Assembly (NCBI GenBank): GCA_023898585.1
Contig: CP060229.1
Span: 11,388-75,387, forward strand
From: Candidatus Nomurabacteria bacterium
Lineage (GTDB): Bacteria > Patescibacteriota > Minisyncoccia > Phycocordibacterales > UBA918
Reading direction: 5' to 3'
Length of the DNA stretch: 64,000 bases
Positions 48,183 to 58,271 of this stretch are shown here, piece by piece. Under the pieces are notes generated by a model, which was given only the letters and a program-made list of their open reading frames with translations, had not been told where the DNA came from and ran no database searches. The number at the start of each line of letters is the position of its first letter. The stretch's first letter is position 1. Both the position numbers and the translations under genes were made by a program.

Positions 48183-49418
48183 CTACTCCGCCCGTAGAGC
48201 ATCGACTGGATCGAGTCTAGATGCCTTGTATGCAGGATACAAACCAAACAACACACCGGTCAGGACTGAAAAGATGAAGCCAAGCAAGACCCCCGTCACC
48301 GACGGTATCATGGTGAGGCCGCTTAGGTGTGAAAGGAGTGGCAGTGTCGCTTGAGCCAGAATGATACCAGTCACACCTCCCACTACTGCCAAAACTGATG
48401 ATTCGAGCAGGAACTGCCACATGACGGTCTTGCTCTCAGCCCCCACCGCTTTCATGATGCCGATCTCGCGCGTACGCTCGGTCACGGTCACCAACATCAC
48501 ATTCATGATGCCAATGCCAGACACAACCAAGACAACTGCTGCTACAATGGTGAGCAACATCGCCATCGTGTCAGCAGATTCTTGAGCGGTAGTCACTTTT
48601 GAACCCTGATCCTTTAAGCGGAAATCATCGGGCGTGCTCGCTCGCAATTTATGATTATCTCGTAACAAGAGCGTTATTTCGTCCATGGCCGGGGCGATAG
48701 ACTCAATGTCATTAGCATTCGCTACTAAGCGTACAGTACCAGACGTGCCAAGCACTACTTTCTCAGCGGTTTCGTACGGCATGTAGACACTATCATCAAA
48801 GACCGTTGGCCCGATCGCTGCCCCACTCTGTTCGATCACTCCCACCACCTCGAACTTCTTGCGCGCGATCGAGACCGACTCACCGATCGCATCTTCAGGC
48901 ATATCACCAAAAAGATCCTCGACCGCGCTTGAGCCCAAAATGATCACCCGGTCACGACTTTCAAGCTCTGTTTCAGTCAAATTTCTTCCGGCAATAATTT
49001 CCAGATTGGTAACCGCGAAAAAACCTTGATCGATACCAAGGATGGTCAACTGACTCTCCAGTGCACCAAACGTGATCGGCAATTTGCCTTGGTACATGGC
49101 AGTCGCAGCTTCAACAGTGGTCGCCTGTTCCCGCAGCAAAACAGCGTCATCAAAATTAAGTAAAGCCGGCGAACCTTCCGTTGAAGCTGGATTGATCGAG
49201 ATGGCAGTGACACTCAGATTCTTGAACTGTTCTTCAATATCCGCCTTGGCTCCTACTCCGATCGCGACCACCAAAATGATCGTTGCGACGCCGATCACAA
49301 TGCCGAGAATAGAAAGAATATTACGGCTCTTTTTAGCCCATAATTGTTGTATCGCTATCAGTGCAAGATCGAGACTAAACATGGCTGAGTTCGTAATTAT
49401 TACTGACCACTGCGCCAT
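48183..49418 (-). CDS. ABC transporter permease, MacB/FtsX type
   Basis: N-terminal TM, large extracytoplasmic domain, C-terminal FtsX-like 3-TM bundle ending GLYPAYKASRLDPVDALRAE. Confidence 0.85.
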   Translation of the reverse strand: MAQWSVIITNSAMFSLDLALIAIQQLWAKKSRNILSILGIVIGVATIILVVAIGVGAKADIEEQFKNLSVTAISINPASTEGSPALLNFDDAVLLREQATTVEAATAMYQGKLPITFGALESQLTILGIDQGFFAVTNLEIIAGRNLTETELESRDRVIILGSSAVEDLFGDMPEDAIGESVSIARKKFEVVGVIEQSGAAIGPTVFDDSVYMPYETAEKVVLGTSGTVRLVANANDIESIAPAMDEITLLLRDNHKLRASTPDDFRLKDQGSKVTTAQESADTMAMLLTIVAAVVLVVSGIGIMNVMLVTVTERTREIGIMKAVGAESKTVMWQFLLESSVLAVVGGVTGIILAQATLPLLSHLSGLTMIPSVTGVLLGFIFSVLTGVLFGLYPAYKASRLDPVDALRAE

Positions 49419-50085
49419 CGGCTAAGAAGATCACACGGTCAGCGTACTTCGCTATTTCTGCTGAGTGCGTGACCATGATGATGGTCTTTCCTTGCTGATG
49501 CAGTTCGGTCAACAATTCCATCACCTGATCTCCTGTCTCTGAATCAAGCGCTCCGGTCGGTTCGTCGGCCAGCACGATCTCGGGATCATTGATAAGGGCC
49601 CGGGCGATCGAAACACGTTGCTGTTGCCCACCGGATAGCTCCTTTGGTTTATGGTCAGTTCGTTCCTCTAGTCCCACCTTTGCCAAGAGCTCCTTCGCCC
49701 TCGCTTCCCGCTCTTCGCGTGCCGCTTTTCGGTACAGACTGGGTAATATCACATTGCGTAAGGCAGAGATGCTGCCAATCAGATTGAACGATTGAAAGAT
49801 GAATCCGATCTTCTTGTTCCGGATAAAGGCTCTGGTATGATCGTCTTTAACGGCGCCAATATCTTCTCCATTGATGAAGTAGCTACCAGTGGTGGGATAA
49901 TGGAGCAGTCCGATGACATTAAGCAAGGTCGTCTTACCACCGCCACTCTCCCCCATCAGCGCCACAAATTCTCCTTTCATGATTGCCAGATCGATCCCTT
50001 TCAAAACCGGCACTTCCTCACCGCCAGCCAAGTAGTATGACTTCCGAATCCCTCGCATCTCTATCAGCGGCACACTATTCGACAT
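49375..50085 (-). CDS. ABC transporter ATP-binding protein (MacB/LolD type)
   Basis: Walker [13 protein letters not shown], signature [15 protein letters not shown], Walker [12 protein letters not shown]. Confidence 0.9.
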   Translation of the reverse strand: MSNSVPLIEMRGIRKSYYLAGGEEVPVLKGIDLAIMKGEFVALMGESGGGKTTLLNVIGLLHYPTTGSYFINGEDIGAVKDDHTRAFIRNKKIGFIFQSFNLIGSISALRNVILPSLYRKAAREEREARAKELLAKVGLEERTDHKPKELSGGQQQRVSIARALINDPEIVLADEPTGALDSETGDQVMELLTELHQQGKTIIMVTHSAEIAKYADRVIFLADGAVVSNNYELSHV

Positions 50086-51718
50086 AGATAACAGTGTCTC
50101 CTACTTTAAGACCAGCCGTCACTTCGACCTGCTTACCATCGGTAAAGCTGGTCGTCACCGGCACCCATTCGCCACTCTCTTTTTGTACACTTGGCGCGCC
50201 ATCGTGTGGACGAACAGCCGCGACCGGGATCACCAACACATCACGTACGCCACTGGTGATCACGTCTACATACGTCGTCATACCGGCCCTAATGCGATCA
50301 TCAGCTTCTTCAGTAGCCACCACCATGCGGTACGTTACAATTCCATTTCCATCAATGGTTGGAGTATCAGAAATAAAGGTGACAACACCCTCAAACGGAA
50401 CAGAATCAAACGCATCAAAGGTGATGAGAGCCACCTGACCGACCGCTACTTTTGCCACATCGGCTTCTTCTACATACGACTCGACCGAGATACCCTCCGC
50501 GCCGACGATCGACAATACCGGTGTGTCCTTATCAGTACCAACAAATTCTCCGACCCTGAAGTTGATCGGCCCAACCGTACCACTGATCGGTGCCCGAAGA
50601 ACTAGGTTTTCATATTTCAATTGCGCAGCGGTAAGCGCTAGTTTGGCTTGCGACACTTGTGTCTCATCAGAAGTCACTCCTTGGTTCGCGGCTGCAACCT
50701 TAAGTTCCAGCGAGCGAATGAGTGCCAGCTGATCGGCAATGTCCTCCTGCTGGTCAGCTTCCAAAGATGACAACGCGTCACGGAGCTCAGTCATCTTTAA
50801 GATCTCGGCTTTCACTTTTGTCTGATGTGACTGGAGGTCGGTTAGCGAAGAATCAATGATACTTTGTGTGAAATCCTCATATGGCTCTGAATCAGAAAGA
50901 GAATTTATCCCCGCTTGCAAAGCTCGGTTCACCATTTTTCCTAGCTCTACTGAATCGGCGATGATCTGTTCCAATGCTGCCTGGTCAATGGTTTGCTTCT
51001 GGGTTTCAAGCGCATCCAAAAAACTCTCGTACGCACTCTCAGCCGTGCGATAGTTCTCGATCGTATCGAGTCGCTCACCCATCTCTCCCTTGGAGTATGG
51101 CACTACTCGTGTATCAATGATAAACACAACGTCGACGGCATGGAGAGCGTTGCTGTACACATCTTCAGTTTGACTCACTTTGATCAAAGCTTGCTTGTAT
51201 TCCTCTGCCCTGTCAGGGGCCTGGTCAGCATACATGGTCTCAAGGTCAGCTTTAGCCCGGGCCAGATCCTCAGCTGCGGCTTCCACCGTAGTGAGACCTG
51301 TGTTACCACTACTTACAGCAACGTTCTTTTGTGCTGTCTCCAAGGCTAACTCTGCCTGCGCGATCGCGAGACCAGCGTCTCGAGTATCTTGTTTAGCCAA
51401 CACCTCCCCCGCTTTGACTGACTGACCTTCTGTGACCAATACTTCCTTCAAAATACCTTGACTGGGAAAGAATAGGTCAACATCGGTCATCGAGACCACC
51501 CGACCAGTGGTAGAGATCGAGAGCACAATATCACCCTTTTGGGCCTTAGCTTGGAGCACTTCTGGTACAACTTGGTCAGAATCACCTGTAAACAACCCGA
51601 ATGCGAGTGCCCCAACGATCACTACGATACCAACCCCCCAATAGAGCTTAAGCGAGAACTGCTTCGCCTTAGCACTCTCAGCCAACAATGACTCTTCTTT
51701 GATCTCACTCATACGCAC
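50075..51718 (-). CDS. HlyD-family periplasmic adaptor / membrane fusion protein with long coiled-coil
   Basis: N-terminal TM, biotinyl-lipoyl-like and beta-barrel segments flanking ~250-aa coiled-coil. Confidence 0.8.
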   Translation of the reverse strand: MRMSEIKEESLLAESAKAKQFSLKLYWGVGIVVIVGALAFGLFTGDSDQVVPEVLQAKAQKGDIVLSISTTGRVVSMTDVDLFFPSQGILKEVLVTEGQSVKAGEVLAKQDTRDAGLAIAQAELALETAQKNVAVSSGNTGLTTVEAAAEDLARAKADLETMYADQAPDRAEEYKQALIKVSQTEDVYSNALHAVDVVFIIDTRVVPYSKGEMGERLDTIENYRTAESAYESFLDALETQKQTIDQAALEQIIADSVELGKMVNRALQAGINSLSDSEPYEDFTQSIIDSSLTDLQSHQTKVKAEILKMTELRDALSSLEADQQEDIADQLALIRSLELKVAAANQGVTSDETQVSQAKLALTAAQLKYENLVLRAPISGTVGPINFRVGEFVGTDKDTPVLSIVGAEGISVESYVEEADVAKVAVGQVALITFDAFDSVPFEGVVTFISDTPTIDGNGIVTYRMVVATEEADDRIRAGMTTYVDVITSGVRDVLVIPVAAVRPHDGAPSVQKESGEWVPVTTSFTDGKQVEVTAGLKVGDTVIYVE

Positions 51719-52239
51719 TAGTTAACCACTGATGATATCTTTACAAACTCTGCAACCTTCTTGTCAGAAACAGTAGTATCTATCCATACCGACAGCAGCG
51801 AACCTACAGAGACATCTGCCAAAGTTCCTTCTACCTCTGGAGCATCGGGACCCTGCGCTGTCTTTTTGGTCATTGGGATACCTACCGGGATCATTACCGT
51901 CACTTCACCCAAGGTGGCATTTTGTGTCACCTCTTTCAGGGCCATTCGCTCTTCTTCTGAAAGTGACTGTTTGTATGCCTGTTTCTCCTCGGTTGTCATC
52001 TCTGCAGTGGGATCAGCGGCCAGATCGATCTGAGAAATGGTCACCAGGTTACCCTCCATCTTTATTACCTTACCGTACACCTCAGCTTTCCGCTCTGGTT
52101 TTTGTGCGACAACTGACACTTCATCAGCAGCAATGTTGGTTGTAGGTAATGGATCATTATTAGTAAGTGACGTGCCGATGTAGTACGCAGCGATAGCGAG
52201 TACTACTATCAAAATTGGTGCGATCATTTTAAATTTCAT
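51718..52239 (-). CDS. hypothetical membrane-anchored protein, first gene of the efflux operon
   Basis: Start placed at MKFKMIAPILIVVLAIAA; single TM then soluble domain. Confidence 0.5.
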   Translation of the reverse strand: MKFKMIAPILIVVLAIAAYYIGTSLTNNDPLPTTNIAADEVSVVAQKPERKAEVYGKVIKMEGNLVTISQIDLAADPTAEMTTEEKQAYKQSLSEEERMALKEVTQNATLGEVTVMIPVGIPMTKKTAQGPDAPEVEGTLADVSVGSLLSVWIDTTVSDKKVAEFVKISSVVN

Positions 52240-52301
52240 GGCCCATATTGTACCATTTTGTCGAAGAAAAACCCTGACCACCGATATGTTTCACTTCGAC
52301 G

Positions 52302-52382
52302 GGGCACTAAAATCAAAAGCCCCGCTGACGCGTGACTTAAGATTTTACGTGCTCCCTCTCTTGGACGAGTTTAGAACTACAA
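52302..52382 (+). repeat. ~75-bp repeat copy B
   Basis: GGGCACTAAAATCAAAAGCCCCGCTGACGCGTGACTTAAGATTTTACGTGCTCC...TTGGACGAGTTT. Confidence 0.6.
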
Positions 52383-52708
52383 ATTGGTATAAGTTTCAAC
52401 AAGAATTGAAGTTCAGCGGAATACTTGAAGAATTTAGTTTAGAACTTAGCTAAACAAAACCTTGTAAAAATCCTCTCTTCCAATGCTATTCAGACTTTCA
52501 ATGGCCTTTCTTCCTTCTTCAAAATCTTCATCATCAGACCAGCTTATACCTAGTAGGAAGATTAGTTTAAGGGCATCAAAAATATATCTTTTGTCGTCTT
52601 CACTAAGTGGATTAACCTCATTATATGCCTGCATTAGAAAAATCGCCTGCTCTGCTTGAAAGCCCTTACTAGGAGGAAAAGCCCACCAATATATTAAACT
52701 TGCTATAT

Positions 52709-52975
52709 AAATAGGGACAGGGACAATATTCTAGGCAAAAGTGTGTTCTGATTGCTCTTTGGACTCCCTATTACATGCAGTGTATACTCGAGATTATTGG
52801 CCTTAACTGTCTCCTCCTCCAATCAAGGAGGCCGTGTTAGTGGCGGGGTATAAAATATTATATATTATGCCACGTGATTTAAGATTTTATTGTCCCTGTC
52901 CCTATTTACTATTGTCCCCGTCCCTACTTATGTCTGTCCTTATTTATTCTGTCCCTTTTTGCCTAAAATAATCAG
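52709..52975. repeat. 20-bp perfect inverted repeats (AAATAGGGACAGGGACAATA / TATTGTCCCTGTCCCTATTT) plus a run of GTCCC(T) direct repeats
   Basis: Inverted arms at 52709..52728 and 52889..52908; five to six TGTCCC(T/C) units follow at ~10-bp spacing. Confidence 0.6.
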
Positions 52976-53064
52976 AGTTACCCAAGAAATCTGCGTGTTT
53001 TGAAACGGTGACATCCACCATTTCTGCAACATTTCTGGTAAACTACTTTTTACACAGATTATAC

Positions 53065-53153
53065 GGAAGCGTGGCTGAGTTGGTTGAAGGCGCACGACTC
53101 GAAATCGTGTATGCGGTAATCCCGCATCGAGGGTTCAAATCCCTCCGCTTCCG
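53065..53153 (+). tRNA. tRNA-Ser (anticodon CGA), class II
   Basis: Acceptor GGAAGCG/CGCTTCC, anticodon loop CTCGAAA, long variable arm, T-arm GAGGGTTCAAATCCCTC. Confidence 0.85.
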
Positions 53154-53868
53154 CAAGTACAAAATAGCGTCCCGCAGGGCGCATATTTTGTTCACGGAAG
53201 CAGAGCAAAATGCCTATACACTTTGCGTGAGGAATTCGAAAGATGGAATGCTTCCTGAGACACATAAAGCAACACGGTTAGTGCTGTTTGTTGGTGAAAG
53301 CGAGAAATAAAATTTAGACATAACCAGATTAGTCGGGGCTATGTTTTTGTCCGGCAACAGATATTTCATCTTCCTGGTATAATGTTTTTTCAGCAGGGTA
53401 TGAAAATCATTTCACTGAACATGGAGAAAAACAAACACGAAGAAAGTGTTTTGGATTTGTTATCAAAAGAGAATGCTGACATCGTTTGTTTAATGGAAGT
53501 GCCGGATTACTTTTTGTCAGCCTTGGAAGAAATCGGTTACCACACGACTTTTGCTCCCATGTGTCTTCAAAAAAGTGACAGATTATTCACTCAAGGAATT
53601 ACGTTTGCTACAAAAGAAAAACATGAAGCAGAGATTTTTTGTTACCACAAACCTAAAGCCGGAATAGTTGTTCACCAAAGTGACAAAGTTGCAGAGACGG
53701 TCGCCAATCCGATTATTTTCGCTGATTATCAAAACTTTTCGGTCGCTACCACACATTTTACATGGAGCGCAAACGCTGTCGAATTTAGGGGCTAAAGAAA
53801 CAATCTAGGACCTAAAACACCAAAACCACGGCTCTGTATAGCCGTGGTTTTATGTTTATCTAGCTCGC

Positions 53869-54624
53869 ATGGTTAATAAACGAGTTAGATGTCCCTATTG
53901 TTTATCATTACAAACTAAAAAGAAAGGTAAACAAAGTGGTAGACAGCGCTATGGTTGCAACGATTGTGGTAAACGATTTCAAACTAAGCAGAGAGAAACA
54001 GGGTTGGTTAATAAATTATGGGAAGAGTATACACATCAAAAACAAACGCTGACCGAACTGTCTAACAAATACAAGAAGAGTCACGTCTGGGTACGTACAC
54101 GATTAGATCAAGTTAAAACCTCAATACCAAACATACAACCACAAAAGACGGTTATCGTAGCTGACACCACCTTCTGGGGACGACACTACGGTGTCTGTGT
54201 CTTTAGATCATGGAACTTACGAAGAAACATTTGGTGGGGTGAGGTTGAGACTGAGAAAGTGTCTCACTATCACTACGCTCGTAAATTATTAGAAGAACGT
54301 GGTTGGACATTCATCGCTGCCGTAGTGGACGGAAGGCGTGGATTAGCAACGGTTTTTAAGGATATACCAGTACAAATCTGTCAGTTTCATCAACTGAAGA
54401 CCGTGACCAAGTATTTAACTAGAAAGCCAAAGACTGAAGCTGGTAAAGAACTGCGAAAACTGGCTTTAACACTCACGAAAACAAACGAAGAAGACTTTGC
54501 TAAAGCTCTAACTATTTGGGAGGAGAAGTATCATAATTTCTATACTGAGAAAACGTACGTTACCTGTACTAACCATTGGTACTACACACACACAAGAATG
54601 TACGTAGTGCCTATATGTCACTGA
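53869..54624 (+). CDS. IS transposase, N-terminal part (zinc-ribbon + HTH + start of DDE domain)
   Basis: InsA-like zinc finger CPYC...GRQRYGCNDCGKRF; DDE aspartates in VIVADTTFW and AVVDGRRG. Confidence 0.65.
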   Translation: MVNKRVRCPYCLSLQTKKKGKQSGRQRYGCNDCGKRFQTKQRETGLVNKLWEEYTHQKQTLTELSNKYKKSHVWVRTRLDQVKTSIPNIQPQKTVIVADTTFWGRHYGVCVFRSWNLRRNIWWGEVETEKVSHYHYARKLLEERGWTFIAAVVDGRRGLATVFKDIPVQICQFHQLKTVTKYLTRKPKTEAGKELRKLALTLTKTNEEDFAKALTIWEEKYHNFYTEKTYVTCTNHWYYTHTRMYVVPICH

Positions 54625-54800
54625 AACGAAACTTGCCTAATTTATTTACCTACCAAAAATATCCAGAGCTTAATATTCCTAACACCACCAATACTATTGA
54701 TGAATACTTTGCGTCACTCAAAAAGAAAATCGCCCAACACCATGGACTGAGGAGAGACAGAAGGCTTAGGGTTATTTCTGAGCTACTAAATAGGTCCTAA
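54576..54800 (+). CDS. IS transposase, C-terminal part in overlapping frame (frameshifted or programmed -1 as in IS1)
   Basis: Carries the DDE glutamate region NTIDEYFASLKKKI; overlaps the upstream ORF by 48 nt. Confidence 0.5.
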   Translation: MVLHTHKNVRSAYMSLKRNLPNLFTYQKYPELNIPNTTNTIDEYFASLKKKIAQHHGLRRDRRLRVISELLNRS

Positions 54801-55181
54801 AAAGTTTCTTTACTCCGAATTTAGTGAAAAACAACACGCTGACCTACAAAAAATGCGTGATTTTTTAGAGCCCAGACCACCACACGTATTGTGCGGGGAT
54901 TTTAACATTCCGAGAAAAATCAGTCCTCACTATAAAGATATGGTGTCCGGATATACTGAAAATGTCCCCGCCACCTACCAAAGTAGTCTGGACAAGAATC
55001 ATCATCGACTCAAAGATAATGTTGATAAAAAAACATCTTTTAGATATTTTTATGGTTGATTACTTGTTAACCCAACCACCATACACAGCAAAAAATGTGG
55101 AACTTATATTTAACGTTAGCGATCACGCAGCCATAGTCGGCGACGTTTATGGAGAACAGGAGATTATGTCATAATATTCCT

Positions 55182-55694
55182 ATGCGTAGCGCAGGTCTGT
55201 TAAAAATTATTGCCGGAATCTTTCTCTGTACCAATGCCTTAGAACAAATCTTTTCGCACCAAACCTGGTGGTTCATTCAAAACGTAAACCTAATCTTTCA
55301 CGAAGCAGGACATTTCATATTCATGTTTTTTGGCAAATTTATGGCCGTACTTGGGGGGAGTTTGTTAGAAATACTCGTACCAACAATTGTGATCTTCAGT
55401 TTTTGGCGAACCAGACAATATTTCTCGGCTACTTTTGGTTGTTGGTGGTTGGCTACCGCTTTACTAAGTGTCAGCGTTTACGCCTCTGACGCTCAGGAAA
55501 AAATGTTGCCTTTACTTGGTGGCAAGCATGTCGTACACGACTGGTCTTTTCTTCTTACACAACTTGGTTTACTAAAATACGATAATTTGGTTGGGTATGT
55601 TTTCTGGTTAGGCAGTATTTTAGCGATTGTTTGGTCATTATACTTCTTAACTAGAGACAGGGGTGTTGCGTCATTATTTAAAAAAACCGACTAG
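55182..55694 (+). CDS. polytopic integral membrane protein, hypothetical
   Basis: About five hydrophobic helices; start placed at MRSAGLLKIIAG. Confidence 0.5.
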   Translation: MRSAGLLKIIAGIFLCTNALEQIFSHQTWWFIQNVNLIFHEAGHFIFMFFGKFMAVLGGSLLEILVPTIVIFSFWRTRQYFSATFGCWWLATALLSVSVYASDAQEKMLPLLGGKHVVHDWSFLLTQLGLLKYDNLVGYVFWLGSILAIVWSLYFLTRDRGVASLFKKTD

Positions 55695-55737
55695 CAATTG
55701 AGCCAGCCGGTTTAAAAAATTGTTCTTTACGCTCGAA

Positions 55738-56193
55738 CTATATCCGTATAAATTGCATCGTTGTGGGGATATCCAAGACAGTTCCGGTCTCCCTTTTCAC
55801 AAACCGAAACCCGATTCTGATCAAAAGTTTGAGTAAGGACGTATTAGTGTCTATATTCAAGCAAGCTTCAGGAGTACCGACCGAATCAAAGTATCTAAGT
55901 ATTCCAGCAAACAAAGTCAGTATAACCTCAAGTGAGACGGCGCGGTACAAGCCCGGTTTGGTGCAAAACCTAGCAACCTGCGGAGGAGTGTCTCCTTCCT
56001 CGGTAACCCTGAAACCGCCAACAACTCCACTCTCGCGCACCACGACGACAAAGATAGCGTTTTCATCTTTTTCATCTTTATCTTTGTCTCCCCAGTTTTC
56101 TTTTCTTATTTGGAAAAATTCTTCCTTGGATTCTTCGTCACCATCTTCCAAAATGTAGCAAGTACAAGAGTCTCTTTGGTAAATCTCTTTCAT
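55738..56193 (-). CDS. possible GNAT-family acetyltransferase-like protein
   Basis: Weak: VVVRESGVVGGFRV and IGFRFV segments; acidic insert. Confidence 0.3.
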   Translation of the reverse strand: MKEIYQRDSCTCYILEDGDEESKEEFFQIRKENWGDKDKDEKDENAIFVVVVRESGVVGGFRVTEEGDTPPQVARFCTKPGLYRAVSLEVILTLFAGILRYFDSVGTPEACLNIDTNTSLLKLLIRIGFRFVKRETGTVLDIPTTMQFIRI

Positions 56194-56366
56194 TTACTAT
56201 CTCCTTTTCTGACTCACACTATTTCTTTGTGAAAGCGATAAAGACGTACGAGGAACTGAAGTGTATTACAAAATTCGCTAAAAATTATATACCGAGATTA
56301 GCCAGTTGTCAATTTTATTGACCTTTACTAACTATTATCAATCTGTTAGGCCAAAAGTGAACAAAC

Positions 56367-58181
56367 CTACTCAACCGTCACACTTTTCGCCAAATTTCTT
56401 GGTCGGTCGACATTAAGCCCTTTTTCTACCCCAACATAATAAGAAAGTAATTGTAGCGGAACAGTTGAAACAATCGGTTGGAGAATAGGATGAACTTTCG
56501 GAACGAATATCACATCATCAGCCACTCCAGAAATACTTTTGTCATCTTCCGTCGCCACAACTAAAGTCGGCGCTTTTCTGGCTTTTACCTCTTCTACATT
56601 GGAAATCATTTTTTCATAAACATCGTCTTTCGGAACCAATGCTACCACCGGAAAATTTTCATCCAGCATAGCGATAGAGCCATGTTTCAGTTCTCCTCCC
56701 GCATAGGCTTCGGCATGAATGTAGGTTACTTCCTTCATTTTTAAAGAGCCTTCGTAGGCAATCGGAGTGTGTGATTTTCTTCCGATAAACATCATGTCGC
56801 GATAGTTCGCGTATTTTTTTGCGACCCTCTTAATATCATCAGTATTCTTGAGATAACTTCTTAAAGTTTTGGGCAAATTAGCTAAATCCTCGGCTATCCG
56901 CGTGCCCTCTTCTTGTGACAAACCTTTTTCACGACCAATCAACAAAGTGAGAAGAACAAAAACCGTAAGTTGTGAGATGAAGGCTTTCGTGGAAGCAACA
57001 GCCACTTCGGGACCAGCATGATTATAAACACCAAAATCTGTCTCACGAGCAATAGTGGAACCAACCACATTAACGACACCGAGAGTAAGCAAGCTTTGTT
57101 CTTTAGCGGACCTGATGGAAGCAAGTGTGTCGGCTGTCTCTCCCGATTGAGTAATGGCTAAAACCGCGGTTTTTTTGTCTGTTAGATTTCGTTTATACCG
57201 ATACTCGCTTCCCAACTCAACCTCAACCGGCAAGCCAGCGTATTCTTCCAACATAAAACGTCCAACTAAGCCGGCATAGTAGGCGGAACCACAGCCAACG
57301 ATAACCAGACGGTTTAGTGCGGTTAGCTTATCAACCACCATCTCCACACCTCCGAGTTTAGCCCTTCCTTTACCTGGCATCAGTCTGCCTCTAATGGTAT
57401 TTTCTATCACTTCAGGAACTTCGAATATTTCCTTTTGCATGAAATGTTCATAACCTTGTTTTTGTACAGACTCAATATCCCACTCCACAGTTTCCGGCTT
57501 TTTCGATAGCCTTTTTCCTTTGGTGCTCAAAACCTCATAGCTATCTTTTGACACAATGGCGCATTCCCCGTCTGCAAGGTAAATGACGTCTTTCGTGTGA
57601 GCCAAGAGAGCTGAAGGGTCGGATGAGACAAAATTCCCGTCGACAGCCAAACCCAGTACAATGGGACTACCCATGCGAGCGGTGACAATTGTATTGGGGT
57701 CGTTTTCCGCGATAACAATAATACCGTAAGTGCCTCGAACTAAGGACAGGGCGTTTCTGGTCGCAGTAAACAAATCTCCTTTGTATAGAGTACCAATCAA
57801 TTTTGCCAAAACTTCAGAATCGGTCTCCGATTCAAACTCAATTCCTCTCATCACGAGACCTTCCTTTAATTCTCGATAATTCTCTATGATGCCGTTGTGG
57901 ACCAGTGCCAATGTGCCGGACATATCAAGATGGGGATGAGCATTTACTTCTGTTGGCGCTCCATGAGTCGCCCAACGGGTGTGCGCTATGCCAGATGTTC
58001 CCGACAAAGGAGAAATTATCTTTTTCGCCAGATTATCAATCGGACCAACCGCTTTTATAGGACTGTACCCGGGGACATAAATACCCGCAGAATCATACCC
58101 ACGGTACTCTAACGTCCGCAGACCATCGAGCAAAACCGGCGAAGCAGTTCTAGAACCAACGTAACCAAAAATTCCACACAT
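56367..58181 (-). CDS. glmS: glutamine--fructose-6-phosphate aminotransferase
   Basis: N-terminal MCGIFGYVG nucleophile; two SIS domains; C-terminal VE. Confidence 0.95.
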   Translation of the reverse strand: MCGIFGYVGSRTASPVLLDGLRTLEYRGYDSAGIYVPGYSPIKAVGPIDNLAKKIISPLSGTSGIAHTRWATHGAPTEVNAHPHLDMSGTLALVHNGIIENYRELKEGLVMRGIEFESETDSEVLAKLIGTLYKGDLFTATRNALSLVRGTYGIIVIAENDPNTIVTARMGSPIVLGLAVDGNFVSSDPSALLAHTKDVIYLADGECAIVSKDSYEVLSTKGKRLSKKPETVEWDIESVQKQGYEHFMQKEIFEVPEVIENTIRGRLMPGKGRAKLGGVEMVVDKLTALNRLVIVGCGSAYYAGLVGRFMLEEYAGLPVEVELGSEYRYKRNLTDKKTAVLAITQSGETADTLASIRSAKEQSLLTLGVVNVVGSTIARETDFGVYNHAGPEVAVASTKAFISQLTVFVLLTLLIGREKGLSQEEGTRIAEDLANLPKTLRSYLKNTDDIKRVAKKYANYRDMMFIGRKSHTPIAYEGSLKMKEVTYIHAEAYAGGELKHGSIAMLDENFPVVALVPKDDVYEKMISNVEEVKARKAPTLVVATEDDKSISGVADDVIFVPKVHPILQPIVSTVPLQLLSYYVGVEKGLNVDRPRNLAKSVTVE

Positions 58182-58271
58182 GATAATTTATGTTATAGCG
58201 TATATGCTATATATTACCATCGATCAGATCATTAGGTTATGTTTCCTGGAAACAAACAAGAAGTGTCTTTT

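Larger units (their letters stand above)
53789..54815 (+). mobile_element. IS1/IS1595-like insertion sequence with 9-bp target-site duplication CGAATTTAG
   Basis: Terminal IRs TAAAGAAAC...TAGGACCT / AGGTCCTA...GTTTCTTTA; identical CGAATTTAG at 53780..53788 and 54816..54824. Confidence 0.7.
53382..55174 (+). pseudogene. endonuclease/exonuclease/phosphatase (EEP)-family gene disrupted by IS insertion and a further frameshift
   Basis: N-terminal ADIVCLMEV motif (53382..53795), middle VLCGDFNIP (54853..), C-terminal NVSDHAAIV in another frame (to 55174). Removing the IS and one TSD copy restores one continuous frame across the junction. Confidence 0.65.

Noticed and set aside
53008-53310. ORFs 53008..53310(+) and 53059..53265(-)
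   Set aside because: Overlap tRNA-Ser(CGA) and its terminator hairpin.
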